Virus record (IMG/VR): IMGVR_UViG_3300029705_002947
Source of the DNA: an uncultured virus (IMG/VR IMGVR_UViG_3300029705_002947)
Lineage: Duplodnaviria; Heunggongvirae; Uroviricota; Caudoviricetes
Length of the DNA stretch: 64,000 nt
Reading direction: 5' to 3' (one strand)
In this document: in pieces, positions 22,408 to 31,917 of the stretch
Layout of the letters: each line of letters begins with the position of its first letter
How positions within the stretch are numbered: position 1 is the stretch's first letter
Position numbers and translations under genes: made by a program
The notes under the pieces: model-generated
What the model was told of the DNA's origin: nothing
The model's input: the letters and a program-made list of their open reading frames with translations, nothing else
Database searches by the model: none

Positions 22408-23319
22408 ATGTCTAAATTAGTAGATAAAGATAGACTTGCGAAATTAGCTAAAGCTCTTGATGATAGATCAAAAGCAGGAGACGCAGCTAACGCAGAAGCT
22501 ATCGCACAAGAAGTAGAAGATAGAGAAGCTGCTATAGCACAAGAAGTAGAAGATAGAGAAGCTGCTATAGACGAAGCTGTAACATTCGAAAACGGTATAA
22601 CTACTGTTAATGCTTTAGGAGGAATAGCTGCAGGTACAAGTTTAGATGGAAAATCTGTTACTGAAATACTTGACATGTTATTATTCCCTTATGTAAAACA
22701 AACTATATCTAATGTTAAAGGAACACCTAATGGTGGTACTTTCGAACATGGTAATAACCAAACTATAACTGCAGTTCAAGCTACAGTTACTAAAAAATCT
22801 AAAAAAATAACTAAAGTAGAATTATTACAAGGAACAAATGTATTAGCTGTTAAAGAAGGTGACGAAGTTGCTAATGGTGGTACTTTCACTTTCTCTGGAT
22901 TAAGTGTTGCTGTTAATTCTGTTAACGTTCAATTAAAAGTTAAGGCATACGATGAAACTGGTGCATCTGTTGAAGGTTCAACTGGAGCATTCTCTTTCGT
23001 TTATCCTTATTACTATGGAGTATGTGAAGCAGGAGCTGCTGTAGATGAAGCTTTAGTTGAAGGATTAACTAAAGATGTTTCTGGTAAAGGACAAAAAGCT
23101 TATTCATATACTACAAATAACCAATGTGCAGTAATAGCTTTCCCTAAAGCACATGGTGTATTAAAATCTGCATTAGACCCTAATGCGTTCGAAAATATAG
23201 CTGCATTTACAAGACATGAAGTAACTGTAAATGGATTAGATGGTAAAGATGTTGCTTACTACGTATACGTAAGTGGAGCATTCACTGGTTCTGGATTTAA
23301 ATATACATTCAAATATTAA
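22408..23319 (+). CDS. Virion fibre/decoration protein with Ig-like domain
   Basis: Strong codon bias; N-terminus similar to ORF 701; 30-nt tandem repeat (AIAQEVEDRE twice); YPYYYG...IAFP C-terminal domain. Confidence 0.7.
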   Translation: MSKLVDKDRLAKLAKALDDRSKAGDAANAEAIAQEVEDREAAIAQEVEDREAAIDEAVTFENGITTVNALGGIAAGTSLDGKSVTEILDMLLFPYVKQTISNVKGTPNGGTFEHGNNQTITAVQATVTKKSKKITKVELLQGTNVLAVKEGDEVANGGTFTFSGLSVAVNSVNVQLKVKAYDETGASVEGSTGAFSFVYPYYYGVCEAGAAVDEALVEGLTKDVSGKGQKAYSYTTNNQCAVIAFPKAHGVLKSALDPNAFENIAAFTRHEVTVNGLDGKDVAYYVYVSGAFTGSGFKYTFKY

Positions 23320-23353
23320 TATAAATAATAAATAGGTAAAGGAGTGAAAAAAG

Positions 23354-26056
23354 ATGGCTTTAGATAATCAATTCGGTAAAGGTATAGGGGTTGCCGCTGG
23401 TTTTGACCTTGGAGCCCAAAAACCTCTTGATGCGAGGGTTGCTGTTAATACGATAGCAGAAAGGGATGCTCATGTAACAAATAACAGAGCATACGAAGGG
23501 ATGTTAGTTTATGTTGCAGAAGCTAACATGACTTACCAATTAGTAAAAGGTGAAGAAGAAGGGCAATTAGTATGGAAAGAATTTGGATTTAACCAAGCTG
23601 ATTTCGATGAATCGTTCGATGGTGCTATCCAAGATGTAGATGACAGATTAAAAGCTGTTGAAGAAGATTTAGCTCAAGGTGGAGAAATAGAAGCTAGAAT
23701 AGCTCAAAATGAATCTGATATAGATGGATTACAAGGATTAGTAGGAAAACCTGTTGAAGGTGAAGAACCTGCTACTGGATTACATTTAGCTTTAGACAAT
23801 GCTAAAGCAGAATTAGAACAAGATATACTTGATGAAAAAGGTAGAGCTGAAGGACAAGAAGCTGCTATAAGACAAGAATTAGCTGATGAAGCTGCTGAAA
23901 TAAGAGGAGAAATGGCTGCTGAATTAGGTAATTACACTGTTGAAGCTGGTGAAGGTGTAGAAGGTAAAGAAGCATCTGGATTAAGAAAAGAAATAGAAGA
24001 TGCTCATAAAGCTATGAACCAAGCTATGGCTCAAGCTCATCAAGAAATGAACCAAGCTATGCAAAATGCTGTAGCTGGAGAAAAAGAAAGAGCTGAAGGA
24101 CAAGAAGCTGCTATAAGACAAGAAATGGGTGTTGAAGCTCAAAGAGTAGATAAAAAAATAGCTGACGATATAGCTGCTGAATCTGCTTTAAGAGTTGCTG
24201 AAGAACAAAGAATAGAAGGAAAAGTTGATGCTGAAGCACAAAGAGCTGACGCTGAAGAAAAACGTATAGTTGGTTTAGTAGAAGCTGAAGCAGAAGCTGC
24301 TAGAGCTGCTGAATTAAAATTAACTCAAGATTTAGCTAAAGAAGTTGAAGATAGAGGTAAAGCAGTTCAAGATTTATCTGATAAACATGATCAAGAAATG
24401 GAAGCAGCTGCTGAACAAGTTGGAAAAGATTTAGCTGCTTTAAAACAAGAATTACAAGGTGAAATAGATGCTGACGTTGCTGCTGAAGCTAAATTAAGAG
24501 AAGATGCAGACAAAGCATTAGATGAAAGAGTTAAACCTCTTGAAGCTCACGTTGCTGCACAACCAGGTGTAGATGCAGAACAAGATAGAAGAATAAAAGC
24601 TTTAGAAGACGATGCTCCAGTTAAACAAGCTGCTATAGAAGCTGCTCAAGCTGCTGCTGATCAAGCTCAATCTGAAGTTGACTTAGTTGAAGGTAGAGCT
24701 TTAGCTTTAGAAGGAAGAGCAGAAGCTTTAGAAGAAGATGTAGCTAGATTAGACGGAGCTGTTGATGTTGAAGGTTCTGTTAAGAAACAAATAAAAGATG
24801 CAGTAGATGCTATAAATGCAGATGCTGAAGCTTTAGAAGCTAGAGTTAAAGCTAATGAAGATGATATAGTTGAAATGAAAGCTGAAGAAGCTAAAATAAG
24901 AGAAGACTTTGCAGCTGCAGATGCTCAAGTATTAGCAGATGCTAAAGCTCATGCAGAACAAAAAATAGCTGATTTAGTTGACTCTGCTCCAGATGCAATG
25001 AATACTTTAAATGAATTAGCAAAAGCTATAAATGATAATAAAGGTATTTACGATGCATATGTAGAAGAACATAATACAGCAATGAACAACTTAAAAGCTG
25101 ACTTACAAAAAGAAATAGATGATGATGTTAAAGTTGTTGCTGATGAATTAGCTAAACAAAAAGATGCTGAACAAGAAGGTACTTTAGCTAACCAAATAAA
25201 AGTTGAAAAAGGTAGAGCTGAAGGTGTGGAAGCTGCTATAAGACAAGAAATGGCTGCTGAAGCACAAAGAGTTAACCAAAAAATAGCTGATGATATAGCT
25301 GCTGAATCTGCTTTAAGAGTTGCTGAAGAAGCTAGAATAGAAAAAGCTTTAGAAGATGAAGCTGCTGAAATAAGAGGAGAAATGGCAGAACAACATCAAG
25401 CTATGAACGAAGCTGCAGAACAAGCTCATCAAGCTATAAATAAAGCTATGGAAGATGAAGCTGCTAGAGTTAACAAAAAAATAGCTGATGATATAGCTGC
25501 TGAATCTGCTTTAAGAGTTGCTGAAGAAGCTAGAATAGAAGGTAAAGTTGATGCTGAAGCACAAAGAGCTGACGCTGAAGAAAAACGTATAGTTGGTTTA
25601 GTAGAAGCTGAAAAAGGAAGAGCAGAAGGTAAAGAAGGAGAATTACTTGCTGCTATAAACAAAGAAGTAGAAGATAGAGGAGCTGCTGTTCTAGCTGAAC
25701 AACAAAGAGCTGAAGGTCAAGAAGCTGCTATAAGAGGAGAATTATCTGATGCTATAGCTAAAGAAGTTGAAGACAGAAATGCTGCTATAAAAGTTGAAGC
25801 TGATAGAGCTAAAGCTGAAGAAGCTGATATAAGAGCTGACTTTGCTCAAGCTGATGCTGACTTACATGCTACTATAAAAGGTGAAATGGCTGCTGTTATA
25901 CAATCATTAGTAGCTGAAATAACTGAAGATGGTATGTTAAGAATAGCTTTAGGTGGAATACAAGGAGACGATGTTTTAGTAATAAGAGAACAAGAAATAC
26001 CTTTTGTTACTGATGATGAAATAGATGCAATAATAGCTGGATTAGATGCTGAATAA
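23354..26056 (+). CDS. Long coiled-coil fibre protein
   Basis: Ala/Glu-rich heptads, AAESALRVAEE three times, APDAMNTLNELA fibre motif; N-domain shared with the collagen protein. Confidence 0.75.
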   Translation: MALDNQFGKGIGVAAGFDLGAQKPLDARVAVNTIAERDAHVTNNRAYEGMLVYVAEANMTYQLVKGEEEGQLVWKEFGFNQADFDESFDGAIQDVDDRLKAVEEDLAQGGEIEARIAQNESDIDGLQGLVGKPVEGEEPATGLHLALDNAKAELEQDILDEKGRAEGQEAAIRQELADEAAEIRGEMAAELGNYTVEAGEGVEGKEASGLRKEIEDAHKAMNQAMAQAHQEMNQAMQNAVAGEKERAEGQEAAIRQEMGVEAQRVDKKIADDIAAESALRVAEEQRIEGKVDAEAQRADAEEKRIVGLVEAEAEAARAAELKLTQDLAKEVEDRGKAVQDLSDKHDQEMEAAAEQVGKDLAALKQELQGEIDADVAAEAKLREDADKALDERVKPLEAHVAAQPGVDAEQDRRIKALEDDAPVKQAAIEAAQAAADQAQSEVDLVEGRALALEGRAEALEEDVARLDGAVDVEGSVKKQIKDAVDAINADAEALEARVKANEDDIVEMKAEEAKIREDFAAADAQVLADAKAHAEQKIADLVDSAPDAMNTLNELAKAINDNKGIYDAYVEEHNTAMNNLKADLQKEIDDDVKVVADELAKQKDAEQEGTLANQIKVEKGRAEGVEAAIRQEMAAEAQRVNQKIADDIAAESALRVAEEARIEKALEDEAAEIRGEMAEQHQAMNEAAEQAHQAINKAMEDEAARVNKKIADDIAAESALRVAEEARIEGKVDAEAQRADAEEKRIVGLVEAEKGRAEGKEGELLAAINKEVEDRGAAVLAEQQRAEGQEAAIRGELSDAIAKEVEDRNAAIKVEADRAKAEEADIRADFAQADADLHATIKGEMAAVIQSLVAEITEDGMLRIALGGIQGDDVLVIREQEIPFVTDDEIDAIIAGLDAE

Positions 26057-26063
26057 TAAAATT

Positions 26064-26097
26064 AAGTAGATAGAGAATATTCTCTATCTACTTTTTT
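26064..26097 (+). terminator. Intrinsic terminator (30-nt perfect palindrome)
   Basis: AAGTAGATAGAGAATATTCTCTATCTACTT plus TTTT. Confidence 0.8.
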
Positions 26098-26105
26098 GTC
26101 ATCAA

Positions 26106-26117
26106 AACAATGATATA
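26106..26117 (+). promoter_or_regulatory. Late-type promoter motif
   Basis: AACAATGATATA upstream of the holin. Confidence 0.6.
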
Positions 26118-26149
26118 ATAAATATAATAAAAAGGTGGTAGATGTATAA

Positions 26150-26482
26150 ATGCCAAAAATAAACTGGACTATAAGAAAACAAAATCCTATGTTTTATATT
26201 CAATTAATATTATCTGTATTTGTACCAGTTTTAGCATATTTAGGAATCAACTGGTCTGATGTTACTACATGGGGAACATTTTTCCAAGTTATAGTTTCTG
26301 CTGTAAGCAATCCATATTGCTTAAGCATAGTTGCTGTATCATTATTTAATACTGTTGTAGATACTAGTAGCCCTGGTATAAATGATAGTAATCATGTGTT
26401 ATGTTTAAAATGTATATTTGATGATTGTGATGAACATGAAAAGGTTGAAGAACAACCTAAAGAACCTGAGAAAAAAGAATAA
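26150..26482 (+). CDS. Holin, phiLC3 family
   Basis: KINW.IR..NP.F, two hydrophobic segments, SNPY and VD..SPG..DS motifs. Confidence 0.85.
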   Translation: MPKINWTIRKQNPMFYIQLILSVFVPVLAYLGINWSDVTTWGTFFQVIVSAVSNPYCLSIVAVSLFNTVVDTSSPGINDSNHVLCLKCIFDDCDEHEKVEEQPKEPEKKE

Positions 26483-26520
26483 ATATATACGTATAGGATA
26501 ATTCCTATACGTATATATTT
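26481..26520. terminator. Bidirectional terminator between convergent holin and DHFR genes
   Basis: AAATATATACGTATAGGA...TCCTATACGTATATATTT. Confidence 0.8.
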
Positions 26521-27026
26521 TATTTTGAATATTTATAAATATGTGCATCCAATATAATGCTATTATAATGTTTAAATTTAATCGTTCTAATATATTCTCT
26601 TTTAGGTAAAACTTCAGCTAATTTAAATATATGAACGTATCTATCAGCAGAATAATGTTTATCTATAACCATTGTTACATAAGCTTCATCTAACATTCCA
26701 CTATCGATTATGGAATTATATAACTGAGCCCCACCGATTATAAATATATCATCATTCTTTCCAAGTTCGATTACTTGTTCTAAATTACTTAAAACTTTAA
26801 CATTTTCAGTTTCTTCAATATCACATTCGCCATCACATAAGATATAATTAACTCTATTAGGAAGGGGTTTCTTTGGTAAAGAAACCCATGTATTATATCC
26901 CATTACAACTTTGTGATACATCGTCATACCTTTAAAAAATTTCATATCTTCTTTTATATTATATAATAAATCATTATTAAATCCTATAGCACCCATAATA
27001 TCAGAACAAAAAATCATTTTAATCAT
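26520..27026 (-). CDS. folA: Dihydrofolate reductase
   Basis: IG..N.L...I.EDM.FFK..T, VVMG..TW.SLP..PLPNR.N, IIGG..LY. Confidence 0.95.
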   Translation of the reverse strand: MIKMIFCSDIMGAIGFNNDLLYNIKEDMKFFKGMTMYHKVVMGYNTWVSLPKKPLPNRVNYILCDGECDIEETENVKVLSNLEQVIELGKNDDIFIIGGAQLYNSIIDSGMLDEAYVTMVIDKHYSADRYVHIFKLAEVLPKREYIRTIKFKHYNSIILDAHIYKYSK

Positions 27027-27038
27027 TTATATGTCCTC

Positions 27039-27869
27039 CTATATAGCTATTGGTATAAATATTTTAGCTTGTGGTTCATAATCAACTACTTTAAAATCAT
27101 CTATTGTAAAATCATAAAAATTATTTGATTTAGGTTCAAATATTAATTTAGGTTGTTTTTCACTAACAGGTCTATTTAATATTTCAGCTGCTATTGGCAT
27201 ATGTCTATCATATATATGCACATTTTGAATGAAATGCGTAAACTTACCTGGTTTTAATCCACAATGCTTAGCAACCATCATCATTAAAGCTACATACTGA
27301 ACATTATTTATATTATTTGCTCCTAATATATCTTGTGCTCTTTGAACTAATGTACAATCTAAGAATTCACCTCTTACCGTCCATAACGTTTGGAAAGCAC
27401 AAGGAGGTAATCCTATAACTCCTCTTAGTTCTTCTTCTTGCCATAAGCTCATTATATGTCTTCTACCATAAGGATTCTCTTGAATTCCTTTTAATAATGT
27501 TCCCATTAAATCATATTTCTTAACTATTGCTCCATATGTTGAACCAATTGTTCCGTCACCTATATCCCAACTATCCCACCACATTATACCAAACTTTTCT
27601 CTCGCAACTTTTAAATCATTAGATGCTTCTTGATAAATCCATAACATCTCTCTAATTCCAGTTTTCCAAGCAGTTGGTTTAATTGTTGTTATTGGGAATT
27701 CTCCTTTAGATATATCAAATGTCTCAACATACTGAGTTGTAAATATACTATGAGCTGGTGTATGAGTTCCATCTTCTTCTAACCAATAAGGTCTTGGGTC
27801 CTTATCTATAATACCATTTTCAATTACTTCAGTTAAAATTTTTTTATAAGCTACATCTGCTTTATTCAT
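27039..27869 (-). CDS. thyA: Thymidylate synthase (ThyA type)
   Basis: LPPCA catalytic Cys, RRHIMSLW, QRAQD..(G)ANN.N, HIYDRH. Confidence 0.95.
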   Translation of the reverse strand: MNKADVAYKKILTEVIENGIIDKDPRPYWLEEDGTHTPAHSIFTTQYVETFDISKGEFPITTIKPTAWKTGIREMLWIYQEASNDLKVAREKFGIMWWDSWDIGDGTIGSTYGAIVKKYDLMGTLLKGIQENPYGRRHIMSLWQEEELRGVIGLPPCAFQTLWTVRGEFLDCTLVQRAQDILGANNINNVQYVALMMMVAKHCGLKPGKFTHFIQNVHIYDRHMPIAAEILNRPVSEKQPKLIFEPKSNNFYDFTIDDFKVVDYEPQAKIFIPIAI

Positions 27870-27892
27870 ATTATTACCTCCTAATAATTTAA

Positions 27893-28000
27893 TTATTTTT
27901 TATCATTCTTTTTACTTACATAATTAGAAATTTTTTCTAATAAATATGAACTTAAAACTAATGAACCTATTAACACTACACAAACTATCGCTTCTTGCAT
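27893..28000 (-). CDS. 35-aa single-TM small protein (not in the ORF track)
   Basis: MQEAIVCVVLIGSLVLSSYLLEKISNYVSKKNDKK; ATG abuts the stop of the upstream gene. Confidence 0.5.
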   Translation of the reverse strand: MQEAIVCVVLIGSLVLSSYLLEKISNYVSKKNDKK

Positions 28001-28001
28001 T

Positions 28002-28295
28002 TTACCACTTCCCATGTTTTATATTATCTAACGTATATTGTAAATATGTTTTTTCTGTATAAAATCCTTTATCGATTTCAGTTCGTATCATATTATAATA
28101 TTGTGAAACTCTTTTTCTTGGCACATTTTCAATCCAAACATCAATTTCTTCATCATCAAATTTTATATAAGCACCATCTTTTTCTCTAGTATATAAAACA
28201 TCATTAATTTTTTTAAATCCTAATTTTTCAGCTTCTGTTTTTAAATTCATTTTGGTATTTAATAATTGTACGTATCTCTCCAATGTCATTTTCAT
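28002..28295 (-). CDS. Hypothetical protein
   Basis: ORF with GGAGG SD. Confidence 0.7.
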   Translation of the reverse strand: MKMTLERYVQLLNTKMNLKTEAEKLGFKKINDVLYTREKDGAYIKFDDEEIDVWIENVPRKRVSQYYNMIRTEIDKGFYTEKTYLQYTLDNIKHGKW

Positions 28296-28309
28296 TTTAG
28301 CATCCTCCC

Positions 28310-28468
28310 TTAAAATATAATTAATGATAATAAACCTGTAACTAATAATATTACAACACCTTCATAAAATAAGTTTATGTCATGTTTCTTTAACCCTTTA
28401 TACGTAAATTCTGTACTTAAACATAATCCTGCTATTATACATAAAATTTTAATCAGTGTAAATAACAT
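28310..28468 (-). CDS. 52-aa two-TM membrane protein (not in the ORF track)
   Basis: SD AAGGAG; MLFTLIKILCIIAGLCLSTEFTYKGLKKHDINLFYEGVVILLVTGLLSLIIF. Confidence 0.7.
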   Translation of the reverse strand: MLFTLIKILCIIAGLCLSTEFTYKGLKKHDINLFYEGVVILLVTGLLSLIIF

Positions 28469-28500
28469 TTATCAATCTCCTTATTTATTATTTTTTTATC

Positions 28501-28512
28501 TACTTATTTGTT
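28501..28512 (-). promoter_or_regulatory. Late-type promoter motif
   Basis: AACAAATAAGTA on the minus strand at the head of the thyA/folA run. Confidence 0.55.
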
Positions 28513-28527
28513 ATTAGTGAAATAAAA

Positions 28528-28554
28528 AGTTAGTAGGAATAAATCCTACTAACT
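28528..28554 (-). terminator. Terminator
   Basis: AGTTAGTAGGA-ATAAA-TCCTACTAACT with A-run on the left. Confidence 0.75.
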
Positions 28555-28558
28555 AAAA

Positions 28559-29095
28559 TTACATTTTACCATATAAATCAACTACAAGTCTTCCTCCTAT
28601 ATTTTTTACAGCAAATTCTGGTTTTAAAACTACATGTTGTCCAGAAATACTATAATCTGTTTGAGCCAATCTTCCTAATTCTGAATGGAATATAATTATA
28701 TTATAAGCTCCCTCTCCAACGCCATATGTTTTTAATTCAAATTCTCTTTGATTTGCTACAGTAGATTCTAATACTTCTTGTCTTACGTCTAAACTCGCAA
28801 CTACAGTTTCATCAGATACTATAGGTTTTCTAAAACTTTGAATTAAATCTATCCATTCATCTGGTTTAAATTCTCCAGCAGTAGAATCTTCTACCATACA
28901 TTTGTAAATATGATGTTTGTCTTTAATATCTTTATAATAAACCTTTTGATTTAAATGATATACTTTAGTATCATCATAATCTTCTACTTCATCAATATTT
29001 ACACGTAGAACTATATCAAATAAAAAAGCTATTAAGTTATCATGATCAAACTTTTTAAGATTCTCTTTAAAATAATTGATACTCAAAATTATCAC
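28559..29095 (-). CDS. Virion-associated protein with a small CBM5/12-like domain
   Basis: YDDTKVY..NQ.VYY......IYKC.......F.PDEW; N-terminus paralogous to the upstream gene. Confidence 0.6.
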   Translation of the reverse strand: MIILSINYFKENLKKFDHDNLIAFLFDIVLRVNIDEVEDYDDTKVYHLNQKVYYKDIKDKHHIYKCMVEDSTAGEFKPDEWIDLIQSFRKPIVSDETVVASLDVRQEVLESTVANQREFELKTYGVGEGAYNIIIFHSELGRLAQTDYSISGQHVVLKPEFAVKNIGGRLVVDLYGKM

Positions 29096-29100
29096 CCTTT

Positions 29101-29892
29101 CTATTCTTTAATTGAGAACATTAATTCCCCATCTACCATTTCTATAACATATTCATTATCTTCTTCATCAAGAACTTTTATTTCTGTTTGTACAGTATAA
29201 ATACTTGTTAATTCGTAATATAAATCATCATCTAACATGAATAATCTATAATTTTCTCCAGTAACACTATCTTTAATGAATACTTCTGGTTTAGAATGTT
29301 TAAGATCTGTTTCAATAACAAACATATCTTCTCCAATTACACCTATTTCGTAATTTAACATGTTACTGCTTAATAAGATTAATCTATCTGGTAATCCTTT
29401 AGATTCTTTTATTTCTATAATAAGTCTGTCCCCAATTTCAATTTTAACATGTGGGAAAAATATTATTTTACCGTTTTCATCTACAATAAAGTCTTTACCT
29501 TCTATATATACTTCATTTCCATTATATATAGTTACAGACGAACCTGGTTTATACCCTGGTATTATTAGATTATCGATATTATCTTTATCAACGATAATTA
29601 TTTCTTCTTTTATTTCAAAGTTACAAACATTTTTTATTTCAGCATCATACGTATCCATTGCATGTTCCCATTCATCAGGATTAAATGGAACAGATGACTT
29701 ATCCACCTTACAACGATATATTTTATGAATACCATTTTCTTTTAAATATATAAAATCTCCTTTTACATACGATTTACCCTCTTCGTAAGGCAAAACGTCT
29801 TCTAAATTAACTACAGTTAAATCTAAAAGGAATCTTAATACATTATAACAATCCAATTTCCCATAGTTTGTTTGTATATATCTTATACTCAA
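29101..29892 (-). CDS. Virion-associated protein: CBM5/12-like domain plus three C-terminal beta-hairpin repeats
   Basis: TTG start with GGAGG SD; YEEGKSY.KGD..Y...IYRC...F.PDEW. Confidence 0.6.
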   Translation of the reverse strand: MSIRYIQTNYGKLDCYNVLRFLLDLTVVNLEDVLPYEEGKSYVKGDFIYLKENGIHKIYRCKVDKSSVPFNPDEWEHAMDTYDAEIKNVCNFEIKEEIIIVDKDNIDNLIIPGYKPGSSVTIYNGNEVYIEGKDFIVDENGKIIFFPHVKIEIGDRLIIEIKESKGLPDRLILLSSNMLNYEIGVIGEDMFVIETDLKHSKPEVFIKDSVTGENYRLFMLDDDLYYELTSIYTVQTEIKVLDEEDNEYVIEMVDGELMFSIKE

Positions 29893-29931
29893 AAGAAAAC
29901 ACCTCCTTTATAATTTAGTTTCTTCATCTAT

Positions 29932-29943
29932 TAAGTGATTGTT
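29932..29943 (-). promoter_or_regulatory. Late-type promoter motif
   Basis: AACAATCACTTA, identical to 40883-40894 (+). Confidence 0.65.
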
Positions 29944-29949
29944 TCGGTA

Positions 29950-31221
29950 TCATTTCTCATCTCTAAAGTTAACTATATCGGCAAGTAAATCGTTAAGATA
30001 AACTGTATTTACAGATAATATAAATCTATATTCTTGATTTTTATTACAGTTATAAACTAATAAAGTTAAATTATCCCAATCTATTTCATATTCTTTTCTT
30101 TCAATTTCCATTGTTCGATTATTCTTCAATACTTCAATATCCATGAATGTTGTTAATGGGATACCATGTTTATTATGATACTTTATAGCTTCCATTAGAC
30201 TTGTGTTTAATAATACTGAAAAATCTAATGGATATGGTCGTTCATTTGTATCTATATCGAATGCAGGAGTAGTGAATATTTGCCAACCATTAGGCAGTGT
30301 TCTACTATAAATCTTTTGAGGAGTTGTTACATTTATCAGTTTAGTTTGTTCTAACGCCCCTTCACTTATACCTTCTCGTTCAAATTCTTCGAATACGGTA
30401 TCATTATTAGATAGGTAAACATATAAACCTGCAGTATTGAAATCACATCTTAGTGTAAAGTTTATTAAACATTCATCGGAAACAAATCCTTTTTTAGTAG
30501 GATCGTCTATAGATAAATTTGTAATAGCCATATTAACATGTGAATGATGGTATCTAAAAAATTCATGTCTACCTGAAGCATTTTTATATTTGATAGTAAC
30601 TGGGTACATACTATTATTATTTACATATGATAAAAATTCACCTATTCTATTTTCTTCACTTGTAGTAAACACATCTTCAAATCCAGCATCTTTTGCTAAT
30701 AAATACATTATATCCCTGGATATAAAACTTTCTAATCCTACAACTGTAGTCATTTCCCAGTTCTGTCTAACTCTATTTTTGAAATAATGTACTAAATTTA
30801 TTTGTTCCATTTGTGTTTCTACAGCAATAGTAACATCAAAATTTATTCGTAAAGCATTTAAAAGAAATTGGATTTGTCTTTTATTATCTCTATCAAAAAA
30901 GAAATTTTGTAAGTTACCAGTTTCTATATCATCATTATTTATATCATAAATTCTTTGAGCTAAGTATGTTTGATTTATAGGAAGTTCATCTAAAGTATCT
31001 ATTTCTATTCTCGGTCTTAATAATATCATTGGTTTTTGTTTTTTAATAAATTCTTTTCTATTGTTATTATAAGTTGCAAAATCTTTATAAGCGATAGTAG
31101 AATTTATGTAGTTAGTTTTAAAATAATTTGGTGGAAATAGACTTAATAACCATGAATTAGCAAATGTTGCTATGTTTCCATAAGTGTGTGCCATACTAGC
31201 TGCTGCCATTGAATATCTCAT
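29950..31221 (-). CDS. Putative virion structural protein
   Basis: 423-aa ORF with SD and late-type promoter; no recognisable catalytic motif. Confidence 0.55.
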   Translation of the reverse strand: MRYSMAAASMAHTYGNIATFANSWLLSLFPPNYFKTNYINSTIAYKDFATYNNNRKEFIKKQKPMILLRPRIEIDTLDELPINQTYLAQRIYDINNDDIETGNLQNFFFDRDNKRQIQFLLNALRINFDVTIAVETQMEQINLVHYFKNRVRQNWEMTTVVGLESFISRDIMYLLAKDAGFEDVFTTSEENRIGEFLSYVNNNSMYPVTIKYKNASGRHEFFRYHHSHVNMAITNLSIDDPTKKGFVSDECLINFTLRCDFNTAGLYVYLSNNDTVFEEFEREGISEGALEQTKLINVTTPQKIYSRTLPNGWQIFTTPAFDIDTNERPYPLDFSVLLNTSLMEAIKYHNKHGIPLTTFMDIEVLKNNRTMEIERKEYEIDWDNLTLLVYNCNKNQEYRFILSVNTVYLNDLLADIVNFRDEK

Positions 31222-31248
31222 TTGTTAACCTCCTTCTTGTTTATTCAT

Positions 31249-31260
31249 TATCTCATTGTT
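31249..31260 (-). promoter_or_regulatory. Late-type promoter motif
   Basis: AACAATGAGATA. Confidence 0.6.
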
Positions 31261-31270
31261 TCGATAAGAA

Positions 31271-31304
31271 AAAATAGATAGATGAATGATCATCTATCTA
31301 TTTT
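31271..31304 (-). terminator. Terminator
   Basis: AAAATAGATAGATGA...TCATCTATCTATTTT. Confidence 0.75.
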
Positions 31305-31904
31305 AACTCTAACTTTGTCTGTTACATAATGTGTTATATAATTGCAATCTAGGATTTCAAATATTTTCATAAATATAAAATCTAATTGCTCTTCATTTAT
31401 CCCATTTAATAAATCATAAGGTTCAAATTCAATACCTTCTAAAGCAAAATCGTATACACTACATAATTGCATACCTTGATTATAGAATACTCCATTATGA
31501 TATACTAAATCATGTTTATCAAAAACTTCACCTGTTCGTAATGTTGAATCTAATACTAAATCGAATAAATAATCCTGTAAGACCCAGTACTCACACTCAC
31601 CTGCAGGTATCAATGCTCGTAAAAGTGTCATAAAATGTGATGTACCATCAATTACTCTATACATAGTATTATCTAATAAAATCATGTCATATTCTTTATT
31701 TAATATACCTTCATTAATTAAATATTTTATTCTTTCATTAATATAATTGTGATAAATTTCATAATGTTTTTTATCCAATATCTTATTATAAATTTCTCTA
31801 TTATACACTTTAGACACTACCCTATATTGATTTGAATCTATATCATAGAACCATTCAATACTAAGTTTTTTATTAATGATTTCTTTATTGAAACTTTCGA
31901 ACAT
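31290..31904 (-). CDS. Hypothetical protein
   Basis: ORF with AGGGGG SD. Confidence 0.7.
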   Translation of the reverse strand: MFESFNKEIINKKLSIEWFYDIDSNQYRVVSKVYNREIYNKILDKKHYEIYHNYINERIKYLINEGILNKEYDMILLDNTMYRVIDGTSHFMTLLRALIPAGECEYWVLQDYLFDLVLDSTLRTGEVFDKHDLVYHNGVFYNQGMQLCSVYDFALEGIEFEPYDLLNGINEEQLDFIFMKIFEILDCNYITHYVTDKVRVKIDR

Positions 31905-31917
31905 TATTATACCCCCT

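Noticed and set aside
1381..25662. Many short antisense or alternative-frame ORFs inside the LRR, collagen and coiled-coil genes
   Set aside because: Shadows of repetitive, codon-biased sense genes; no SD; low-complexity products
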